Shown: positions 37,513-47,400, counted from the stretch's first letter. The stretch: 64,000 nucleotides of DNA from a virus (IMGVR_UViG_2671180292_000001:54495-118494), one strand, 5' to 3'. Notes: generated by a model not told the origin, from the letters alone. Made by a program: numbers and translations.

Positions 37513-37594
37513 CTCAATCGCTCTGTCGTGTTCAACGTGACTTAGTTTGCCCTTTGGGCGGCATCGCTGTCAAGTTCAACGCGACATAGTTTTA
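37513..37594 (-). promoter_or_regulatory. Early promoter/operator cassette copy 3
   Basis: gttcaacgtgacttagttt...tgtcaagttcaacgcgacatagtttta (TTGACA -35 on the minus strand). Confidence 0.75.
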
Positions 37595-37852
37595 CCTTTG
37601 GGTGGGCTTCCCGTCCCCGCCGTCCTCGAACAGGTCGAGCTGCCCGTCCACGTCCACCCAGGCCCGGGCCCGGCCGAACCGCACCCGAGGCGTGGTGAGC
37701 GTGATGCCACGTTTGGCTGCGCAGTCCCGGCCCAGTCGCATGGCGATGGATCGCGGGTCGGTGAGGCGCCGGTGGCAGTCCTCGCACTTGCCGACCGGGC
37801 ACGGCTCGACCGGCTCAGAGTCGAGCGGGACCAGGGCTAGCGGGGTGTCCAC
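37592..37852 (-). CDS. DUF6011-like Zn protein
   Basis: CEDCHRRLTDPRSIAMRLGRDC. Confidence 0.6.
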   Translation of the reverse strand: MDTPLALVPLDSEPVEPCPVGKCEDCHRRLTDPRSIAMRLGRDCAAKRGITLTTPRVRFGRARAWVDVDGQLDLFEDGGDGKPTQR

Positions 37853-38172
37853 GGCAGCGCGAGCCCATCACCCTGACGTCGGGGAACCACATGCCAATGC
37901 AGGTGATAGACGGATTGGGTCGCCTCGGCTCCCCGGCTGGTGATGACGTTGCAGGCGTCCCACCCGCCGGCCAACTCCGCCGCAGCGCGAGCGGCTGTCG
38001 CGGAGACGGCGGGGTCGTCAGCCACGTCCTCGACGTGCACCCGGGGCACCACCAGCGTGTGCCCCGGCGTGACCGGGCCGAGGGGGACGAACGCGACCGC
38101 GTCCGACCACCAGCGGACCACCTGGGCGGGCGCATCCCCCGCGATGATGGCGCAGAACACGCACGCGCTCAC
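37837..38172 (-). CDS. HIT-family nucleotide hydrolase
   Basis: CVFCAI...GHTLVVP...QSVYHLHWHVVPR. Confidence 0.9.
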   Translation of the reverse strand: MSACVFCAIIAGDAPAQVVRWWSDAVAFVPLGPVTPGHTLVVPRVHVEDVADDPAVSATAARAAAELAGGWDACNVITSRGAEATQSVYHLHWHVVPRRQGDGLALPWTPR

Positions 38173-38619
38173 GGTGCCGTCACCTCCCGCCCGGGAGCCT
38201 GCTCGGTGGTGGCTTCGTCCCAGGCGTAGGAGCAGTTGCCGCCGATGCGCTCCAGCTCGGCCACGCGCTCGCGCAGCCGCTCCAGCTCGGCGTCTCGTAC
38301 GGTCAGGACGGCGGCGGTGAGGTCGTCAGGTCCAAGGTTCGTGACGATCCGCTGCTCGGAAGCGAGGCGGGCCCATTCGGCGTTGAGCGCGGCCGCGTAC
38401 CGGTGGCGGTCAGCATGCTCATTGGCATGCGCGTTAGAAAGCTGATGGGCATGCTCGGTCTCGTCGGCCAGGGCGACCGCGAGGACCCGGCGCACGTCCC
38501 CCTGGCAGACCGCACACTCAATGTCGAACCGGTGCTCGCTGTGTGCGCTCCACGGGCCGGACCCCCACGGGTGGGACAGCACCGCCCGCGCAGCCAGCTC
38601 CAACGTGGTCGACGGGAGG

Positions 38620-39174
38620 TCAGGCATCGGAGGCGTCTCCCTTCGACTGCGCGACGAACTCCGCTTCCTCAGCGGTCCACCGCCACGACGGCAGCAGCCC
38701 CGTCATCGTCAGCACGTCGCCTTCGACGAGCTTGACCGCGTTGTCGAACGCTGCCGCCTCGACCAGCAGCGCCCGGCGAGCTTCTACGGGTGCGCCCTGG
38801 GCGTACTCCCGTCGGCCAGCGGCGGCGCGTCGGAGGTCGGCGATGATGCGGGCACGCTCCTCAGCGCGAGCCTGCTCAGCGATGGCAACTGCCCGCTTCG
38901 CCACGGCTTCGTCGGTGACCTGCTCAACCGCGGCGAGTAGCTTCGGCCGCTCCTCGTTGATGGCCTCGGCGGTGATAGTCCGGATCATCGCTTCGTGCTG
39001 TTCGCGGGTCGCCGTCCGGAGTGCATGCTCGGCGATGAACGGTGCGGCGGCCTCGATTGCAGCGCGTGCGAAGTCTTCGTCGCCCTTGAAGAACGGGTCA
39101 AACGGGCGAGATCTCAACGCCGCCTCGATCGCGTGCTCGGTGGCTTGTACGGCTTCCGCCGGGATCTCAGACAT
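38620..39174 (-). CDS. Hypothetical protein
   Basis: Coupled ORF. Confidence 0.5.
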   Translation of the reverse strand: MSEIPAEAVQATEHAIEAALRSRPFDPFFKGDEDFARAAIEAAAPFIAEHALRTATREQHEAMIRTITAEAINEERPKLLAAVEQVTDEAVAKRAVAIAEQARAEERARIIADLRRAAAGRREYAQGAPVEARRALLVEAAAFDNAVKLVEGDVLTMTGLLPSWRWTAEEAEFVAQSKGDASDA

Positions 39175-39646
39175 CGGCGTCTCCGCTGGCGATGATGAGG
39201 GCCGCCACCCACAACCAGCCGATGTGCCACGCCTGATCCAACGCGTAGGAGCCCGTCCCCAGGGTGGGGTTGTCATCGTGGCCAGGGCGAGGCCTGCCGA
39301 GTCGGTAGAACTCGCCCGAGCCGAGCCGCGCGGCCAGAGCGGCCAGGGTGTAGCGGCGGTCTGCCCAGTAGTGGCTGACCGCGTCCAGGGTGAGCGCGAG
39401 GGCGGTGCGGCCGAGCGGAAGCCGAGTCCTCGTCACCTTCGCGGTAACGCCGAGCACGACTGCCTTCGTGAGCGTCATCGTCGCAACGTGACGGGCGCAC
39501 GCCGCCTGACCGGCACGCTGCTGTGCTCCCGTGCCGCCTTTCGCGCTCGCCTGCGCATGCGTCTGAACCCAGTGATCCCCGACCTCGTGGGCGGCGTACA
39601 AGGCCGCCAGAGCGGCAGCGAAACGGACTGCGGAGTGAGTAGCCAT
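39167..39646 (-). CDS. DUF3307-like membrane protein
   Basis: AHEVGDHWVQT...HYWADR...LDQAWH. Confidence 0.7.
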   Translation of the reverse strand: MATHSAVRFAAALAALYAAHEVGDHWVQTHAQASAKGGTGAQQRAGQAACARHVATMTLTKAVVLGVTAKVTRTRLPLGRTALALTLDAVSHYWADRRYTLAALAARLGSGEFYRLGRPRPGHDDNPTLGTGSYALDQAWHIGWLWVAALIIASGDADV

Positions 39647-40038
39647 CAGATGGTCCCTTCGGCACCGAAGTCCGGCAGGACCCGCGCGCCATCTGCTCTG
39701 CCCCACAGGTGAAGGGCATGAAGGTGGATGTTCACGTGCCGGCGCTTGCTGGGGAACACCTGGTACGCCTCGCGGCGGTCCCCGAACACGGCCTGCTTGA
39801 GCATGGTCAGGTCCTCGTAGGAGGGCATCCGGGTGTTCAAGGCGATCGACGCGTGGATCCACTGCACGCCATCGATCTCGGCCTGAGACACGATCACCGA
39901 CCCTGCTGCCCAGTCGCCGAGGACGACCTTGATTCCTGCCGGACCGTACGGGACAGGCGGCCACGGGTTGAGCCCGGCACGGCGCAGCGTCTTGTACACG
40001 CGGACGGGGTCCACGTCCAGCAGGGCGAGATGGGAGAG
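39646..40038 (-). pseudogene. Phage gene whose first three codons (41782-41790) are separated by the IS605 insertion
   Basis: Removing 40039-41781 gives ATG TCT GAT|CTC TCC CAT CTC GCC CTG CTG GAC GTG GAC CCC in frame. It might still be expressed from GTG at 40014. Confidence 0.7.
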
Positions 40039-40090
40039 TTGACTTCCTCCCCACGCCTGAAGGCGGGGGATTCCCGTGGCTGAGGCGCGT

Positions 40091-41284
40091 TCACGCTGCC
40101 TCTACCTTGGGTGGTTGGCGCTTCACAGACCGCCCAACGGCGAGGTCTCCACGCCCTGTCACCGCCAGCCCGGCGGCGAGGATGTTCTTCGCGGCGTTCA
40201 CGTCGGCGTTGGCCTGGTGGCCGCAGGCGCGGCACCGGAACACCGCTTGGCTCTCACGGTTGTCCGGCGCGCAGTGCCCGCAGGCATGGCAGGTCTGCGA
40301 TGTGAACGCAGGTGGCACCCGCAGAATACGGGAGCCGTTGTAACGAGCCTTGTGCTCTAAGGCGGTCAGCAGACCGCCCCATCCCTTGGCCAGGATCGCC
40401 CGGTTCAGCCCAGCCTTGGCGGCGACGTTCCTCCCCGGCTCGGCAAGCGTGCCTTTGGCAGAGGCGGTCATGTTCCGGATGTTGAGGTCCTCCACAACGA
40501 CCAGTCCGTGGTCACGGGTGAGGCGGTTGGCGGTCCACGCCAGGAAGTCGGTACGCCGGGCGCGGATGCGGGCGTTCAGCTTGGTCAGCTTCGCCCGGGC
40601 GGCCGCGCGCCGGTTGGAGCCCTTCCGCTGCCGGGCGAGCTGCTGCTGAAGACGCTTGAGCCGTACCGCCTCCCCTGGGGTGACGACCTCGCGGTCACGC
40701 ATCCACCCGGACGAGGTAGCGACTGCGACAGTGACACCACGATCCACCCCCACCGGGGGTTTGCCATTCGGTGCGGACTCCATCAGCCCGTCTTCGACGC
40801 AGAAGGAGATGTACCAGCGCCCACCGTCCTTGAGCACGGTGGCATTGCGAAGTTGCCCGCCGAGCGGGCGTGTCCACCGGAAGCGGGTCCAGCCCAGCTT
40901 GGGCAGCTTGACCCGGCCCCAGCGACGGGAGATTCGCTCCACGGTGATCTGCTTGGGATCGGGGAAGCGGAACGTCGGCGCGTTTTTCCGCTTGGAGCGC
41001 CAGCGGACCTTGAACGTGCCGTGCGTCTTACATGCCCGCTCAAGGTCGCGCAGCGTTTGCTGAAGCGTGTGCGACGGGGCCTCGGCCAGCCACGGGAACT
41101 CGCGCTTGGCTTCGGCCATTTGCCGCGCCTGCTCTACGTAACCGATGAACGCGCCGCGCCGCCGGTACTGTCGGCGCTGCTCCAGCGCGGTGTTCCACAC
41201 AACCCGGCAGGCGTCACCGATCTTCTCGGCGAACTCCTCCTGCTCGGGGGTGAAGGCCAGCAGGTAGCGGCGGCCGGTCAGCAT
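40091..41284 (-). CDS. tnpB: RNA-guided endonuclease TnpB
   Basis: GVDRG, VVEDL, CHACG/CRACG, NADVNAAKNI. Confidence 0.95.
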   Translation of the reverse strand: MLTGRRYLLAFTPEQEEFAEKIGDACRVVWNTALEQRRQYRRRGAFIGYVEQARQMAEAKREFPWLAEAPSHTLQQTLRDLERACKTHGTFKVRWRSKRKNAPTFRFPDPKQITVERISRRWGRVKLPKLGWTRFRWTRPLGGQLRNATVLKDGGRWYISFCVEDGLMESAPNGKPPVGVDRGVTVAVATSSGWMRDREVVTPGEAVRLKRLQQQLARQRKGSNRRAAARAKLTKLNARIRARRTDFLAWTANRLTRDHGLVVVEDLNIRNMTASAKGTLAEPGRNVAAKAGLNRAILAKGWGGLLTALEHKARYNGSRILRVPPAFTSQTCHACGHCAPDNRESQAVFRCRACGHQANADVNAAKNILAAGLAVTGRGDLAVGRSVKRQPPKVEAA

Positions 41285-41683
41285 TCAACGGCCCTTCTGC
41301 TGCTCGACGTACCGCTTCACCACATCCAGTGGCGCGCCGCCGACCGTGGCTACGAAGTAGGAGTTCGTCCACAACGTCGGCAGCCGGGACTTCAGGTGCG
41401 GGAACTCCTCCCGCAGCACGCGGGACGAGCGGCCCTTGATGGCCTTCACCAGACGGTGGATGCCGTACTGCGGATCGACTTCAACCAGGAGGTGGACGTG
41501 GTCGGGCATGACCTCCATCTCCACCAGCCATGCCCCTTTCTCATCCACGACCTCACGGATGAGGTCCTTCAGGCGTTCTTCGATCCGGCCGCCCAGCACG
41601 CGCCGCCGGTACTTTGGGCACCACACGACGTGGTACGCGCACTGGAAGACGACATTGCTGTTCGACCGCAGTGTTACAGCCAC
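41285..41683 (-). CDS. tnpA: IS200/IS605 Y1 transposase TnpA
   Basis: YHVVWCPKYRR, DHVHL (HUH), LWTNSYF, catalytic YVEQQ. Confidence 0.97.
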   Translation of the reverse strand: MAVTLRSNSNVVFQCAYHVVWCPKYRRRVLGGRIEERLKDLIREVVDEKGAWLVEMEVMPDHVHLLVEVDPQYGIHRLVKAIKGRSSRVLREEFPHLKSRLPTLWTNSYFVATVGGAPLDVVKRYVEQQKGR

Positions 41684-41782
41684 CCGAACAGTATACAGCT
41701 TGGAGCTATCTAATGTCTGAGGGTCGAGAGGGATGGGCTAACCCCACGGCTGAAGCCGGGGGTCTGCGCCCAAGAATTTCGA

Positions 41783-42091
41783 TCAGACATGGGCTGCCTC
41801 GCTGTTCACGATCGGGAGCCAGTCGTCGCCGTGGCACCAGTCGTCCGGGCCGCACCAGCAGGCGAGATCACGGCCCGCCAGCTCCTGGCGGGCGCGCTCG
41901 ACAAGTTCGGGGCTGGCGGCCACGTACTCGCGGAACCGCCGCTGGGACTCCTCCCGCCCATACCGGCGGACGGGGAACGGATTGCGGTAGGGGGAGGCGG
42001 GCAGGCCGGGAGCGCCCCGGCCCACGTACACCGCGCTATCGGGGACCCGGCCGTGGAACAGGTCCCCTTGGACCTTGACGCGCTTAGGCAT
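41783..42091 (-). CDS. DUF4326 family protein
   Basis: AVYVGRG...SPYRNPF...LAGRDLACWC....CHGD. Confidence 0.85.
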   Translation of the reverse strand: MPKRVKVQGDLFHGRVPDSAVYVGRGAPGLPASPYRNPFPVRRYGREESQRRFREYVAASPELVERARQELAGRDLACWCGPDDWCHGDDWLPIVNSEAAHV

Positions 42092-42284
42092 GGGTAGTCC
42101 CCTCGTTGGGCTCTTCGCAAGGGGTCATCTCCGTTGCGATCCCTGATCGTTCGCAGCGGGTGCAGTACATGCGGTGCCTGGCGTCGGGGTTGTCAGCGGA
42201 CAGGCTTTTGTAGTGCGGCTTGGGGTGCCTGGTGCACACCCACCACACTTGGAGGAGCGGTTCGTCGTAGCACACTGCTGGTCC

Positions 42285-42680
42285 TCACTTGTCCCAGCCG
42301 GAGTGGAGCTCGTTCAGGTGCTCGACCGCCTCACGACGGGCCGCCGCGGCGTTGTCGTCCTGGCCGACCCACGTCCCGCAGTGCCGGTGGATGGTGCAGT
42401 GCCAGTGCGCGCCCTGCTCCCCGCAATCGCCCCGTGACGGGTCGATCGTGATGTAGTCCGGCAGCTGCGTGGGCGGGTCGAACTCGCCGGCCTTCACCCC
42501 CTCGACGAAGGCGGCCCACTCGGCGTGGGTGAACACCAACGGCCGGCCCTCAGGGTCCTTGCTGTCGCGGACCATCACGTAGTCGGGGTCGGTCGCGACT
42601 TCGACGCAGTTGTTCGCCGACGCGCAACGCGTGGAGCGGCGCCAGGCGGGGGCGGTGGTCTGCTCGGGGATCATGCTCAT
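42285..42680 (-). CDS. DUF397 domain protein
   Basis: WRRSTRC..NNCVEVA...VMVRDSKDP...LVFTHAEWAAFVEGVK. Confidence 0.9.
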   Translation of the reverse strand: MSMIPEQTTAPAWRRSTRCASANNCVEVATDPDYVMVRDSKDPEGRPLVFTHAEWAAFVEGVKAGEFDPPTQLPDYITIDPSRGDCGEQGAHWHCTIHRHCGTWVGQDDNAAAARREAVEHLNELHSGWDK

Positions 42681-43301
42681 GCTGAGGTGGTCCTTTCGGT
42701 ATCGGTTGGGAGTTCGATCCGGGTGGAGCGCTCGTTCGCGGCTAGCCACGGCCGCCCCCGTTCAGGGCGCCGCGCAGGCGGGCGATGGCCCGGCAGATCG
42801 GTGAGGCGCAGTCGGGGTTCGCGCACGTGGCGGCCTCCTCAATGAACACCTCGACGGCGTTCCGCAGGTCGGCGGCGGGCACGGCCACAACGTCTGCGTC
42901 GGCGTCCAGCGGAAGGATCCCGGCGGCCACGGCGGCACGGAGCCAGTCCCGTGCCTCCTGGATCAGCGCGTCCGGGTTGTTCTTGCCGAATGCCAGCCAG
43001 CTCCGGTGGCTCCAGCCGGTGGCGAGGCGCCAGCGGGTTGAGGCCAGCAGTCGGACACGCGGGTCAACGTAGTGCACCTTCTCTGCGGCGGCCCGGTCGA
43101 TCTTGGGGCCGTCAGGGGATTCGGTCACGGGGTTACTCCTCGGTTCGGTTCGGTTGGCGATGGGGTTCGACAGGTCAGCTCTCGGCGGGGATGAGCCCGG
43201 CGTTGATCGAGCGGGATCTGAGGCAGGGCCATGGCGTTCTCCTTCAGGGGATTGGGGCTGGCCAGAGGGCGGGGCGGCCTCCCACAGGCCGCCCCACGGG
43301 T

Positions 43302-43637
43302 TCACACGGCGGTATCGCGGGCGCGGAGCTTGTCGGCCCAGTCCGCGGCGGCGAGCCACGCCATCCCGATCCGCCGCGCGTCGATCGGGTCGGCCGGGAC
43401 GATGTCGTCGTCCCACATGTGCGGGTGGTTCACGAACACGCTGGCGGGGGTCTCGTCGGGGTCGATTACGCGGATCGTCCACCCGGTGGCGGGCTCCCAC
43501 ACCGGGCCGGGCAGACGCCCGGTGTCGATGCGGTCCGGTTTGGGCCGGACGCGGGTGTCGATGTCCCCCAGCAGTCCGGCGACCTCCTGCCGGATCTCAG
43601 CGAGACGAGCCACCAACGACGGGTGAACGGCGGTCAT
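43302..43637 (-). CDS. Hypothetical protein
   Basis: Coupled to the methyltransferase gene. Confidence 0.5.
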   Translation of the reverse strand: MTAVHPSLVARLAEIRQEVAGLLGDIDTRVRPKPDRIDTGRLPGPVWEPATGWTIRVIDPDETPASVFVNHPHMWDDDIVPADPIDARRIGMAWLAAADWADKLRARDTAV

Positions 43638-45178
43638 GCCGCCCTCTCCAGTTCCTCGCCAGTGATGGCCTCGACGAGTGCGGACACCAGGACCTCGGCC
43701 GCTGGTGGGGTCACCGCGTTGCCGAGCTGCTTTACGCGGGCTCTCTTGTTCCCGAGCACCACGTAGCCGTCGCCGAACGCCATTCCCCGGGCGATCTCCT
43801 CGGGTTCGAGCATCCGGAACCCGACCTCGTTGACATCGAGCACGGGCGCGGGCGTAGCCAGGCCGTACCGGTGCTTGGTCGTGAGAGCGCCGACCGGTTC
43901 GGATACCGGCTTGGCGGTGCCGTTCTTGTAGTAGGCGACGAGTAGCGGTTCCGGGGTGACCAGCCCGTGGTGGTTGCCCCCGGCGGTGACCGTGTGAAGG
44001 GGTGCGCTGATCGGCCGGGCCTGTTCCTTGTCGCCGCCACCGCGCATCGGGATGATGAACGGCGGGAAAGCCACCCCCGTTTCGCGGCGCGTGGTCTGCG
44101 TGCGGCCGGGCTCCGTCGCGGGGATCGCCGCCTTGCCTTCGCGTCCCTCGGTCGGGACGAGAAGCGGCGGCACCGCCAGGCCGTCGTTCTCGGTCGTTGT
44201 CCGGGTCGGCATCGGCACGGTGACCGGCGTTGCCTCTTTACGCCAGGTCCCACCAGCAGGAGCCAGAAGCGGCACCCAATAGCGCTCCATCCCCGCTTTG
44301 ATCCGCGCGATGGTCGCCGGTGCGTACGGCGTGAACTTCTTCTCCGGCCTCCCCTCGCCGATCTTCCTCGTGGGCAGGGTGAAGTCGATCGCCGTCCACG
44401 CGGGCAGCACCGGGGGTTCGACGATCGCGTTCCGGCAAGTGGCGCGGGGGCACCGGTAGAGGTACTGCTGGCGGTAGCGGCCCATGTCCTTGCGCGGGTT
44501 CTTGAACACCTGGATCGCGTCGACCATCTCGTCACAGACCGGGCACCAGGCGCGCGGACGCAGCCACTTGTCCCAGTCCGGATCCCGGCCGAGTGAGCGG
44601 TGCCAGTACGCCACGTACAAGCGGTCCCGGCTCTGCGGCGCGGCGAGCGTGCGAACAGGCTGGACGTGCATCGAGTTGAGCGCGATGACGCGGGTCTTGT
44701 ATCCCATGCGGTGGAAGCGGCGAAGCCAGTCGTCGAAGCCGTCCCACGCGCGTTCGTCGATGACGTTCTCCACGACGCCGGCGAGGACCAGCTTCCCCCG
44801 GGCTACGACACCTTCCAGGTAGGTGGGCACCTGCTCCATCAGGGCGCGCGACTGCTCTTCGGCGATCTCTTCCTCGGTCTTCTCCCGAGGGAACAGCTCG
44901 TCCTGCCGGGAACGATGGAACGTCCGCTTCTTGCCGTTCGCCACCGTCCACTTGGTGCACTCAGGCGACGCCCAGTGGATGTGAGCGACCGGCCAGTCAT
45001 AGACGGGAGACTCTTGGATCTTCCCCTGCTTGTGATCGACATCCGGGAAGTTAGCCGCGTGCGTTTCGAGAGCAAGCTCCCAATGGTTTGCTGCGAGCTT
45101 CACCTCGACGCCGGGCACGGCGTGGGCTCCTTGGGAGGAGCCGCCGGCTCCGCAAAACCAGTCCATGAGAGTCAGCAC
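43634..45178 (-). CDS. DNA (cytosine-5) methyltransferase
   Basis: DWFCGAGG (motif I), ASPEC (IV), VENV (VI), QSRDR (VIII), GNAVTPP (X). Confidence 0.92.
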   Translation of the reverse strand: MLTLMDWFCGAGGSSQGAHAVPGVEVKLAANHWELALETHAANFPDVDHKQGKIQESPVYDWPVAHIHWASPECTKWTVANGKKRTFHRSRQDELFPREKTEEEIAEEQSRALMEQVPTYLEGVVARGKLVLAGVVENVIDERAWDGFDDWLRRFHRMGYKTRVIALNSMHVQPVRTLAAPQSRDRLYVAYWHRSLGRDPDWDKWLRPRAWCPVCDEMVDAIQVFKNPRKDMGRYRQQYLYRCPRATCRNAIVEPPVLPAWTAIDFTLPTRKIGEGRPEKKFTPYAPATIARIKAGMERYWVPLLAPAGGTWRKEATPVTVPMPTRTTTENDGLAVPPLLVPTEGREGKAAIPATEPGRTQTTRRETGVAFPPFIIPMRGGGDKEQARPISAPLHTVTAGGNHHGLVTPEPLLVAYYKNGTAKPVSEPVGALTTKHRYGLATPAPVLDVNEVGFRMLEPEEIARGMAFGDGYVVLGNKRARVKQLGNAVTPPAAEVLVSALVEAITGEELERAA

Positions 45179-45499
45179 TGTGATGTCCTCTCCATCTCGT
45201 TCTCGTTGCGGCCCTGGCCTGGTGAAGGCGTCTCCCCTGCTATGGCTCGGCGGGCGAGAGCAGCGCCACGCGCGGCAGTGCCAGGGCTCGGAGGCGGGGT
45301 GGTCCGCTGCCACGGCACCACCGGCCAGGCCGGGGTAGGCCGCCAGCCCTGCGCCCGCAACGCGGTAAGGAACTCGATGGCGAACGGCTCGGCGTCTGGG
45401 CGGTCGTCGGGGGCGGCTTCGTCCCTGCGGCGGACACGCGCGGCCAGAGCGGCGACAGCATCCCGTGTCGCCTGATCCACAAGGGCCTCAGCGGAGATC

Positions 45500-46054
45500 T
45501 CAGGCATGAACGTCCCCGTTCGCGAATCCAGCCAAGTACTCAGCCATCTCGCGGTTGTGGCGAGCGTCCGCAAGGGCGTTGTGCTCACCACTGGCCTGCT
45601 CTGGCAGCGGCGGATTCCCCAGCCGGGCGGCCTCCTGCTTGATGTCGTGGGTGAACATCGGCACCCCATCTGGCAGATCGACCATCCGACCCCAGAGCTG
45701 ACACAGGGCCACGTGGTCATACGCCGCGTAGTAGGCCCACAGTTCCGGTTCAGGGGAAGCCAGGATGAACGCCTCGACCATGCGTGCGATTTGCGCGCGA
45801 GGCCGCACATCGGGGTGGTCGGTATCGAGGTGGCCTCCGCCATGCGAAGAGCAGCGGTGTCCAGGCAGGCAAGGAGCGACCGGCAGCGACGGTACGACGT
45901 TCTCGCGTAGCCAGTCGTGGCGGATGACCCGCCTGAACGGCATGTCAGCGTTGACGGCGTACAGCTCCCGTCCGTCCTCGGCGACCATGCCGATGCTGAT
46001 CAGCTCGATCGTCTCGCCGTCTTCGAGGAACTCGGTGTCGTAGTAGATCTTCAC
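45500..46054 (-). CDS. DEDDh 3'-5' exoribonuclease (RNase AS/Rv2179c-like)
   Basis: IYYDTEFLEDGETIELISIG...AYDHVAL...HNALADA. Confidence 0.88.
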   Translation of the reverse strand: MKIYYDTEFLEDGETIELISIGMVAEDGRELYAVNADMPFRRVIRHDWLRENVVPSLPVAPCLPGHRCSSHGGGHLDTDHPDVRPRAQIARMVEAFILASPEPELWAYYAAYDHVALCQLWGRMVDLPDGVPMFTHDIKQEAARLGNPPLPEQASGEHNALADARHNREMAEYLAGFANGDVHA

Positions 46055-46325
46055 GTCTAGTGGTCCCTTCCAGGGATGGGGTCGGATTGGCCTCACACGC
46101 CGATCTGGGCGTTGGTGATGACGCGGGCTGCGTCGCCGTCGTGGGCGTGACCGTTGGCGAACGCCCACTCGGCGACATCCATGGGGAAGCGGAGATCCGC
46201 GTAGCTGATGACGACGGTCGGGCCGTCCTGGTAGACCGTGTGCACGCGGTCGCCGGGCCGTGTGGCCTCGGCGACGACGGCAGCAGCGGCCTCGACGCTG
46301 ATGCAGCGCAAGCGGGTAGTGCGGG

Positions 46326-47225
46326 TCATCGTGGACTCCTCGCGAGGGTTGCGGCGTGGATGACGAGCCGGGTGATGGAGGTTGTGTCGCCGAGTTCGGC
46401 GCGGGCCTGGTCGATGAGCGCGGAGCCGAGGTCGGGTAACTGGGCGAGCGCGTCACGGGCACTCGCGTAGTCGACGCGGCCGGGTCCGGGACTGGGGAGC
46501 GTGATCGGGGAATCTTCGGCCGAAGGCTCGCGGCGTTCGGCTGTCTTCCCTTCCACCTCAGCGCCGTACGGAGAGGTCCCTGAGTTATGGCTAGGTGATT
46601 GGCTAGGTGTATGGCTAGGTGGGCGGCAACTCCTGCCGGTGGTTTGGTTATGAGTTGCCGGTGGTTCGGTTATCAGTTGCCGGTGGTTACCTTCGGGTAG
46701 CCCCTCGGGCGCGTCCGTTTCATGGTGATTCTCAGGGGTGAAACCACCGGCAGGAGTTGCCGGTGGGGGTGAGTTATCCACAGCCGGACCACCGGCATCT
46801 GTTGCCGGTGCCTTGGGTGTCCGCTTCCTGCGATGCGGCGTCGGCGGTGCCTGCTCGACACCCCCCTTAGTGATCTTCTTGCGCTTGGGGTCCCACATCG
46901 GGATACGGCTCTCCAAGTCATTCGGGAAAGTCAGCTGGTACTCATCCGCGAGGTCAGCCAGCCCCATCGCGGACGCCTCGAAAACCCGGTAGATCAGCCC
47001 GACCTCGCGCAGCTTCCGCAACGCGTCGCGGATCGTCCGTTCACCTAGCTCCGTGTCCTTGCCGAGGAGCTTCTCCCCGGGCCGGACATCGGCCCCGTTG
47101 GGGCTGGCGTAGTTGGCAAGCGTGAGAGCGACGAGCTTGACCGTGGAGCCCAGAAGGCAGCGAGCCACAATCGTCCGCCAGGTCAGCGGGTCGATGGGCT
47201 CCAAACCATCCGGCAGCTTGCTCAT
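46326..47225 (-). CDS. Replication initiator (N-terminal wHTH) with internal iterons
   Basis: KLVALTLANYA...RPGEKLLGKDTELGERTIRDALRKL...GLI; low-complexity linker holds the repeats. Confidence 0.75.
   Translation of the reverse strand: MSKLPDGLEPIDPLTWRTIVARCLLGSTVKLVALTLANYASPNGADVRPGEKLLGKDTELGERTIRDALRKLREVGLIYRVFEASAMGLADLADEYQLTFPNDLESRIPMWDPKRKKITKGGVEQAPPTPHRRKRTPKAPATDAGGPAVDNSPPPATPAGGFTPENHHETDAPEGLPEGNHRQLITEPPATHNQTTGRSCRPPSHTPSQSPSHNSGTSPYGAEVEGKTAERREPSAEDSPITLPSPGPGRVDYASARDALAQLPDLGSALIDQARAELGDTTSITRLVIHAATLARSPR
46588..46812. repeat. Putative replication origin: three TGGCTAGGTG, three 22-bp TGCCGGTGGTT iterons, inverted copies and a DnaA box
   Basis: Repeats read directly; TTATCCACA at 46774-46782. 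Confidence 0.75.
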
Positions 47226-47329
47226 GTCGTCCTTCCGGGATTACCGATCACTCCTTCCGGGCCTGCCGCTGTCTTCGATTTCCGTTCCTGACAAATCCCC
47301 CCACCATCACTCCGTATGCAAACTCTCCG

Positions 47330-47400
47330 TGTGGCCTACTCAATATAGGCCAACCCTTGACGTGGCTGCAACATGCTAATGTGGCCTCATTAGAGGTGTG
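47330..47400. promoter_or_regulatory. Divergent promoter/operator region between rep and the small HTH gene
   Basis: Palindrome TGGCCTA-N7-TAGGCCA (47332-47352), TTGACG at 47357, further GTGGC half-sites, AT-rich. Confidence 0.55.

Larger units (their letters stand above)
40039..41781 (-). mobile_element. Complete IS605-type element (tnpA + tnpB)
   Basis: Left-end hairpin cccccggcttcagccgtgggg. Right end gggaatcccccgccttcaggcgtggggaggaagTCAA. Inserted 3' of (C)TGAT with no TSD. Confidence 0.92.

Noticed and set aside
40039-41781. IStron (group I intron-IS hybrid)
   Set aside because: Only ~100 nt separate the left end from tnpA, leaving no room for a ribozyme core.
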